From Paramecium tetraurelia (lineage: Eukaryota), in NCBI GenBank assembly GCA_000165425.1, contig CT867995.1:209173-273172 (forward strand): a DNA stretch of 64,000 nucleotides, in the 5' to 3' direction. Positions 54,975-64,000 of the stretch are shown piece after piece. Made by a program: the position numbers and the translations under genes. How positions within the stretch are numbered: the first letter of the stretch is position 1; every line of letters begins with the position of its first letter. The notes under the pieces are model-generated. The model did not search any database. It saw only the letters and a program-made list of their open reading frames with translations, and was not told the origin of the DNA.

Positions 54975-56163
54975 TCAAAAGAACATCTATGACCCCAAAT
55001 ATCTTATACCAAATCCAATTATCGTGCATAGTATTTAAAATGACAATAAAACTCTGCATAAATTCTTTTCGCTTGTAGGTCCCTTAATCAATAGCACCAA
55101 ATTGATTAAAGTCAAATTAGTTTTGATTGCATATAACAAACCTGTACTCTAATCATATCTACATATAAATCAAACCATATTTTACCTTGGTAGTCTATGT
55201 CTAGGACATGGAATTATTCCAAATAGTTATGGAAGTGAATACAAGAAATTTATAAGTTGTGGAATGCAGAATAACATCAAAGTTTTTGAAAAATGACCAA
55301 GGACAGCTGCCACTGCAAATGTCATTCCTGACCAATAACAAAACACGTCTCCCACAAAGACTTTAGAAGGATATCGATTATAATTGTACAAAGCTAAAGC
55401 TGATGAGATGTAGGGTACTATTATCATCAGACTAAACAAATGTTATTGTTATGTTGAAATTTCAATGATGTTATAAACCGCAATTGACAATGCAATTATT
55501 ATAGATTATCCTACTTCCAATCCATTAACTCCAGCATAAATATTAATTGCATTCGATTAGAAAGTCGATAGCATTATCATATAAAGGTAATAAATTGGTC
55601 CTAAATCAATTGTTTATCCAAGATATGGTCTAATCAATTGAGGTAAAACTATTTAGGTTCCTCCTGTGTAGGCCACAATCACAGGCAAACTTGCGATTGG
55701 TGGCAATAACAGTTTATATCTCCAGGCCAAATCCAACACATCATCAGCAAAACCCAAAAATACTATAAATGTAATAGCCAACAATCCAGATATATGTGAT
55801 AATATTAAATCAGGCATGTATGCTCTAGTAAACAATATTCCTAAAATATTGAATATGAGATAAATTGTGGCAGGAACTATTCCTAGTGATTCTGGAATTT
55901 TGATTTTACCAGCATCCGAGCCTATAAAATCTCATGCATAAATTACCTTTTTTATTTATATCATAACCGAAAATATCTGCCTTCTCGGTCAATTAAGCAA
56001 TCTTTGGAATCATCCAATATGATAACACGTATGCAAAGAAACTCAAGACCATATAACCCATAAAGGCAAAGAATTATTCTTGATTCAAAGCGCCCTTTAA
56101 CCCATTCAACACATAGGCCAAGACTACAACAACCAAACCAGGTATAAATCTTGTTTCAAACAT
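54975..56163 (-). CDS. DPAGT1: UDP-GlcNAc:dolichyl-phosphate GlcNAc-1-phosphotransferase
   Basis: [56 protein letters not shown]. Confidence 0.95.
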
Positions 56164-56617
56164 TTTTTTGTTTATTTAATTAATTTATAAATAAAATGAT
56201 TTTTATTAACAAAATATAGGAATTACGTGTAAATTGTTAAAAAAAGTTAATGCTTTTTCACAATTATTATTTATTATTATTTTATCAATGCTAGGTTATT
56301 TTATATTATTAATTCAAAAATTCTTGTTTCTCTTCAGAAATAACATACATTTAAATACATCTTTAATATTGTGTTTCAGAATACATTTAATAACATTTCT
56401 TCTATATTACTTATGCTGTTTTGTTTGTTATATTTTTTTAATACAACAATTAAACAAGCAAACTAGTAACATCAAAATCAATTATAAAAAATGTCAATAA
56501 TTCCTATAATTATATGAATATAAGATATGCTTCTGTTAATTTCGGAAATTCTGAATTCCAATCATTTTTTATTAATTTGTATGTATAAAATTAATAATAT
56601 CTCATTTTAAATATAAT

Positions 56618-58198
56618 ATGAAAACAAATATCAGCGAAAATTCACCTAAAGTTAATTCACTTTTTTAAGTAGTCTTGATGAATGTGAATATCTAATTAGG
56701 AGCCTTGAATATTGGGTACGTTCTCTCCTATTTAACACTTACAATTGACACACTTTTTGATAATTTGTATGTTTTTTGATTTAAATATAAAGAGGCATAA
56801 CAAAGGAAGAAAGAACAAGTTCATTGAGTTTAATAAATGGAATTTTGCCTTTAGGATGTGTTGTTGGTGTAATAATTGGATATTTTCTCAAAAGAAAATT
56901 TACTAACAAATAATGTATTCATATTGCTGATTTAATTGGATTATCAAGTCTCTTGGCTGTAATAGCCAACACAAATGTAGTAATTGTGTTTCGTTTTTTT
57001 CTTGGAGTTGCAAATGGCATCTCTAGTTTAATTATGCCTGTCTATGTAAAGTCCTTGTGCCCTGAAAAATATTATTACTAAATTAGTATGATTTTGGGAT
57101 ATGGAGTGAATACAGGCTTGGCAATTGGACAACTAATGGGTATTGGATATATAAAGTAATATATAATTGATAATTATAGGTATCATGGTGAAACTTCGAA
57201 CTGGTGGAGGGTTGTGTTTGTTTTTCCAGCCATAATCTTTATAATCAGATCTTCTGTTATTTATTTTTGTTACAATTATGACAGCCCAGAGTAATCATTG
57301 TAAAGAAACGATGTAGAACACGCAAAATAAGTAATAATCAATTATAATTAAAAAGGTTATTAGAAAAATTTATAAGGAAGAATATGTAGAGGCTTAATTA
57401 GACAGATACAGATAAATAGCTTAAAACGAGCAGTTAAAAACTTAGAATTCCTTTTTGCATATATTTTAGAAAAAGAACCTAATTGGATTACAAGTTGGTG
57501 TGATATCAGTAAATGATTTTGCTATATATTTAGATGTTTGTGTAAATTTGGTGTGGCTCATTTGCTGTGTTTTATTATAGTGCATAAATTTTTGAGTAAT
57601 TATCAGGTGGAGATTTGGTATTGAAGACAATTTATACCATATGTATTGGTCTATTTAGTGCTGCAGCTTAATTCACTACTATTCCGATGTTGCCTCGCCT
57701 GGGCCAAAAATATATTTTGAGTATAATAGTCTTATATCAAAATAGTCATCGGATCTGTTTTGATGGGGGGCATTAACATCACCATAGCAGTTTTATCGAA
57801 TTATCAAAGTGATACTATACTATTCCTGATTTTTGTCTTTTTGGTGCTTTTAATTATGGTGTTTGCTGCTACATTGAGTCCAGTGTGTTGGGTAATTAAG
57901 TTTTGTTATAGTTTAGGGGATTGTACCCTAATTAAATGATAGTGATGGAACCTTCTTTACTATGGATTTGAGATGGATATTCTAAGCCATTTTAATATTC
58001 TCCTTCCCCTACATTGTTTAAGGTGTTAATATTTCTGGAGCATTTTACATTTTCGGAGGCATAGATCTCTTTTATACTATTTATTGTGGATTTTTTATTC
58101 TTGATAGCAGAGGGAAAACAGGAGCTTAAATTTTAGAAATGTATTTTGATAAGTACTCTAAGTTTTTGGTATTGCCATAAACAGAAACCAATCAATGA
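56618..58198 (+). CDS. MFS sugar porter family transporter
   Basis: About 12 hydrophobic segments, RFFLGVANG..MPVYV, WWRVVF, DSP, DSRGKT; several short introns. Confidence 0.85.
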
Positions 58199-58564
58199 AA
58201 CTATTATATCACATAAATTATTATAATAATTATTTTTATATATATTATTTATATACATGAATATAATATAATAAATAAATAATTTAAAATAAGAGAAAAC
58301 TGTAATTATTATAATATATAAATAAATTATAGAAGAAATATTAGATCTCAAAACTTGATTCAAATACTATATTACTCATAATAACTAATGTGAAATCAAT
58401 TAGGAAGGCAAACGATCAAATTTTCTGAGAATAATATTCATTGGTTTAATCTATATTTATTTTAAGGTTTCATGAAACTCATTTTTAGGAATTTCTTATC
58501 AGAAAGAATATATAATGTTGATAAGAATATATTTTCATATATAAATCATCTATGGCAAGATTAA

Positions 58565-59551
58565 TCAAAAATTGTCTTCGCATGTATATTAAGTTGGCTC
58601 GACAATTTGATTTCCGTTTTACCAATATGAGATTTTATCCAAATGATTCTTTTTCTATAGGATAGCTTATCCATCAAACTAACCATCTCGAAAATAGCCA
58701 ATATATTTCCTTCCATCAGAGAATTTATTAATTCCAAATCCATTTTTTTTATTTCTTTTATATTACCCTATATATTCCTCATTATTAGATTTCCAAATGA
58801 AATGACCAATACCATCCATCTATCCATATCTCCATTCTCCCAAATAAATATTTCCATTTGCAAAACTCATTTATCCATAACCATTAAAACTGTCATCAAA
58901 AAATTCTCCAAAATACATAGAACCATCCTTCCAAATGTATTTCCCAACACCACTTTTCTTTCCATTTCCATCAAGTAAACCAGTAAAGTTTGCACCATTT
59001 GGAAAATTCTGAAAACTATCCAACTTTAAATCATAAGAAGGTTATAAGAAAGGAAATACGTCTTCAACCAGTCTTCCCTGAAAAAATACGCCTTGCTGAC
59101 TTTAAAATATGATTCATTACTTTTATTGTGCCATCTTGATAAATTAACGTACCTTTGCCATGAAACAAATCCATCATAAACTCACCTTAATAATAGCTCA
59201 AGTTATTCTTATTGAACTACTTACCAAAGCCACATTTCATATTGAATATCACATCTCCATAAAAATACACATCGTCCTTCTCAACCTCCTTAAAGGAGAG
59301 GGAAATTTTATCAACCAATTGCAATTTCTCCTTTAATTTCAATATCTCCTATGTAACAGGTGGCTTTACTTAAATAGGATGAGTACATATTCATCTGTTA
59401 TCAATTTAATGTCATCATTCTTTTTTTATTATTTATCTTATGAAATTGTTTTAGAAGATTCAATATATTAAGTTTAAGTTGGGGACTCTTATCCGGAGTT
59501 TGTAACTGGATATACTTTTCGACTGGAAGGTAATTTGGGCTTTTAAGACAT
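58565..59551 (-). CDS. MORN-repeat protein
   Basis: Repeated YxGxF/W..G..GxG units (YQGEFMMDLFHGKG, YFGEFFDDSFNGYG). Confidence 0.85.
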
Positions 59552-60094
59552 AATATTATTTAATAATTATTGATTTTTAAGGAGTACTTACATAATATTT
59601 GAATTAGGCTGTTTTTCCACTTAAAAGTAGGATCAGCAACTCTAATACAACTACGAAAGCCAATATTTTTGTTGAACCAGACAGACTTTAATATTCTTTT
59701 TCATTTTTTAATTTCATTATAATTTAAATTTACGTTTGAATCTATGTTTTCATGATTCTAATTATAAATAATCAAGATTTTACTTAATAAAATAAATAAA
59801 AATTTGATATTGCAAATAAATTGTGTATAATTTATCTAATAATTTCAATTGTAATATCTTGTATGAACATTAGCTTGAAAGAATATAAATAAAAAATGCC
59901 TTTCTATCTTTCCTTATTTTAAGGCAGAAATTAATCATTCGGCTATAATAAATAATTTGAATACATTTAATAATATAAAAAGGAGAATATTGCTCATTTT
60001 TGTGTCTTTCGAAAGAGTTTAATTATCTTTAATATGATAAAAAAATATTTTTATATACACATTTCTTTAATATAATTTTTAAAGAGAATAATTG

Positions 60095-61678
60095 ATGTAG
60101 CAAGTGATAATTTAAACTCTTTTAAAATATAATGAAATATTTGATGCATTACAGTAAGTATTTCAATTGCATAATTACAATTGTAACGATTAGAAGAACA
60201 TATTGAGCAAATATTTGGAATCGAATTAAAAAAACTAAACATGTATATATGTTACACTAAATGAAAATTCTGATTTCCTTGGAATAAATGAAAGGTTCCT
60301 GAAATTATAAAAATCCTTTAATTCAAACTTAGAAAGTCTTTTTGAATTCAATACAAGTAAAACATAAATATCGATTAATTAGCTTAATTTCAAAAATATG
60401 TTTCATCTGAGATCTCTAAAATTGATAATGATCTCAGCAAAAAAGTTGTAGATGTCCAGGATGATATCAATTAATTCAAAACCAATGTTGATGCCACGTA
60501 TTAGACTATTTTGAATGCAAAATAATAATAAAAATTTTAAGCGTAAACCTTTGAAAAAATTAACGAAGAAGTGGAATATATTAAACATAAATATGCTTTA
60601 AAATAGAATTTGGATGAGAATTTTGTAATATTTCATAATATAAATAGACTGAAATCCGTGATTGCATTTCTAATGTATCTTAAAGTATAAGCTATTTAAG
60701 AAATGATGTATAACTGTTGTTTAAAAATACCAAAGAAATGAAAAGCCAAACATTGTAGGAGACTTCGCAATTTAATGAACGATTGCAAAATCTTGTGAGA
60801 GAAGTTTAACAAATCGATGAATGCTTTCTTTAATTAGGATCTTTGTAAAAAAAAATAGATATTTGTAAAATCGGTACATATTAGTTAGTAAATCGAAGAT
60901 GTCAATTAAACATAAGAAAAATTTAAAACTTTAGCAAATATGTACTAAGAACTTGAAGTCAACAATTCAAAGGCAGTTAAATTTGAAGTGCACTCAGCTG
61001 TCAAAAAATTTGATGAAGACTCCTTAAAAATAAATCTAATTTAGGAAAGATAAAGTAATTAATTAGAGTAAGCACATATTAAATTGTAAAATATTCTTGA
61101 GTAGAATATTGGAATAAAATCCAATTAATAATCTATTCAAGAACAATTTAATTAAGAAATTAAATCTCTTCAGAAATAGATTTCTCGGTAATAAAAGTAT
61201 ATTGAATAATTAAAAGAAAGGTAAATATTTCGAAATCATTAATTCTAGTATCTCCAAAACCAACTAAAATTCAGCTGATCTTCCCTTACAAATTAAAGGG
61301 TTGAATTCTTAATTACAATATTAATGGAAATATCTTAATCAGTGCTTCAACCTAACAAAAGATTCTTTAGACATACTATAAGATTTTTGTGAAACGCTCT
61401 AAGTTCCATCTATTAATTAAGAAAAAGATCTCACAAATTTAATATTGCTATTGGACAGAAGACAAAATGAATTAAAAAGGAATCTACATTAAACCCCAAC
61501 ACAATCATCAAATTTTCAGTCTAGAACATTGATGAGACTTTAAACCCCCAAAAATTCATAGCCTTGTGATACTCCTGCTAGAATACACTCTCTATAATAA
61601 AGAAAATGTATTTATAGTAAAAATGGAAGTCAAACAATAAGCGTAGACTCAAAAAGAGAAACATTAGTTTAAAATTGA
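60095..61678 (+). CDS. Hypothetical coiled-coil protein
   Basis: Long Q/E/K-rich code-6 frame with short introns; start approximate. Confidence 0.65.
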
Positions 61679-62148
61679 ATGTAGAAATGATAAAATTATA
61701 TAGTTTTAGCCTTTATCAATTCATTAATTTATTTTATTTTATTTTTGATTCATAAAGCTAAAATGATTATACAATAAGCAAGATTTATTTGTTCTATTTT
61801 TCAAAAATTATTCTTATCTTTTAATATAAAATACGATAATTTACTCTATTCACTTCAGGTCTTTGATTCTTACTTTGAATTAAACCACAATTGATGGAGG
61901 ACCATAACTCAAATACTAAATAAAAATCTCTATTTTGTGATATTATACATAAGTCAAATCCTTAAGTATTGAAATCGGATTTTGTAGTGTGATTTATAAA
62001 TGAATATCCTAGGATTTATATGAATTTTTATAAACCAATTTATATATGATATATTTGATTTAAAAATTAACCAATTTTATTTATGTTGTTTAAATTTAGT
62101 TAGCTTGTAAAGCAACCAGAGATTTATGATGCTTAGCTATTATCTAAA

Positions 62149-63106
62149 ATGTAAGCTATTTCTAACTATATTAGATGCCCATTATAATTAAAACACAAAT
62201 ATTTAATATTAGAATAGAAAATAAAGTAGGCAAAAGAATTGGAGCATGAAATCTATAAGATGAAAGATGAAGACCAAGGTTGGAAAAAATTAAAGATCAG
62301 TTTAGAATTCACTCCCTAGAACACTCTGAATAGTAAATTCATAATCAGTATGAAATTAGAATGAAATTTTAGTAAGGCATGCTTTGGCATGGCATAATTA
62401 TTTTAAAAGAGTAACAGAATTTAAGGATTCAAATATCTATCATTATGATTTGATTGATCCTCCTTTGCAATATTTAGGCACTAAACAATGTGATAAATTA
62501 AAGTTAGAAATTAATAAATTGGAATTTGATAAAGTCTATGTGTCACCATTGTTAAGGCATATTATTTGAAAGTAATTATAGAGCAATACAAACAACTCAA
62601 CTATTGTTTTGTAACCATCCATAGAAGGAGAAGATTTAATTTATCCTATGTCCAGATATTTGCGAGAAAATAAGCACCATAAATTCAGTTTATAAATGGG
62701 GCACCCTTACATAACTATTAAAAGATGTATCCTTTATATAAATTATTATTAGAATGGAAATCCAATTCAATTTGATTTTAGTTAGATGCCAGATAATCTT
62801 GAGTTTTGGCAATTCAATTTATTACAAAAAAGTTACGACTTAAGAGATTGCTAAGCAAATAAGGAAGATTTCGAAAGATTCATAGTTGATGAGTTTGTCA
62901 GAAAAGGATCAAGCTTTTAATTAGAACACGGCAGGGGTGTAATCAGTAGAGTGTAAGGATTTGTAAACAAAATAAAAGAAGATCAAACTTAAAGTAAAAT
63001 TGGTATCGTGACACATTTTCAAATTATAAAATCAATATTACAATGTAGCAGATAAAGAATAGATTTTAAATTTGGAAATGGAGCTGTGTTTGGACTTAAT
63101 TTGTGA
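62149..63106 (+). CDS. Histidine phosphatase / phosphoglycerate mutase family protein
   Basis: VRHALAWHN, DPPL..LG..Q, VYVSPLLRAIQT, IGIVTH; two 25-nt introns, the second apparently GC-AG. Confidence 0.85.
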
Positions 63107-63146
63107 TTTTTGTGATTAATTGATATTATTTATAAATATTGAATTA

Positions 63147-64000
63147 ATGGATCTGTTTAGGAAGCCTGTGAAAACCTAAGCTGAAATCGAAGTATTTTGT
63201 TATGTTTAAATAGATTCTATATAAAGAGCAATTCAACAAGTTAGAACCATTTATAAAAGTGCTTACTCTACAAAGTCATTCTGAATATTTAGAAGTAACT
63301 TCACTTTTTTATGTTCTTTAGCTTATTAGAAGAATTAAAGTGTATGAATTGATGGCATTTAATTTAGTGCCATAAAATGAATTGGACAATTTATATATGT
63401 TTTATTAAGGAAGGATGAGATAAGATTTATCAGATTTAGAGGATTTGGATGAATTTGCCTCAAAGTCCAAATTTATCAAGAAAAAAAAATAATAGTACTA
63501 GGAAGACTTACCTGAAGGTTATTTAATAGACAGACAAAATATGAATAAAATCGTAAGAAATATTTTAAATTAGTTCGCAGTTGAAAATTGTACTTTGCTT
63601 ATGCTGACACCTACAGACATTACATCGTTGCTTCTTAAACATGAGTAATTAATCAGACAGAAAAGACACTTTTTCTTAAATACTTTCAAACCTACCAATG
63701 TGGATGATAAATAATTGTTATGTCAAATTGCTGATTCACTATAAGTATTTCATAAATACATTAGCTTTTCTATTATGAAGAACTCGCTTGTATAATGTAA
63801 TTATATGAAAAATTGGATAACTTGTTTATCATTTTTACCGGAAGAGTGCAAATCTATACTAAAAGAAACATTATTATGGAGTGCAACCCCATGGATTTTA
63901 TCAACGAAGAATGTGCCATGGCTAATTATTCAGCATAAGTTCTATCCAAAGATGCATAACTATTTAAAATAGATAAAGTATTGCTATAATTGTTTCCAGA
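63147..64000 (+). CDS. Hypothetical protein, 3' truncated by the window edge
   Basis: MDLFRKPVKTQAEIE, short intron, then open code-6 frame to the end of the window. Confidence 0.6.

Noticed and set aside
58190..58430. Lost stop codon or C-terminal extension in the MFS transporter
   Set aside because: An in-frame TGA is present at 58196-58198.

Overview
AT-rich, very gene-dense eukaryotic DNA from a ciliate macronuclear chromosome, almost certainly Paramecium (P. tetraurelia-like). TAA/TAG read as Gln throughout conserved proteins (translation table 6, TGA the only stop), introns are about 20-35 nt (mostly GT..AG), spacers are often under 50 bp, and the histone H3 tail is Paramecium-type. 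The supplied standard-code ORF track is therefore mostly fragments or antisense artefacts. Manual re-translation gives about 45 protein genes and one tRNA-Lys(UUU). Recognisable genes include V-ATPase c'', an HMG-box protein, a Ser/Thr kinase, an SDR ketoacyl reductase, a RING E3, GST-zeta, an EAG/CNG-type K+ channel, TVP23, ANP32, an Unkempt-like CCCH protein, EPT/CPT, SF3A3, arginase, H3, the P4-ATPase-guanylyl cyclase fusion, DGAT2, calpain, DPAGT1, an MFS sugar transporter, a MORN protein and a histidine phosphatase. The most notable oddities are an arginase broken by a +1 frameshift at TTT-TGA next to a doubly frameshifted SF3A3, degenerate ATE1-like and SppA-like proteins, a probable GC-AG intron, an ATGA stop/start overlap, and a divergent gene pair with only 10 bp between start codons. 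All family calls are from motif recognition by eye, not database searches, and exon boundaries are manual.
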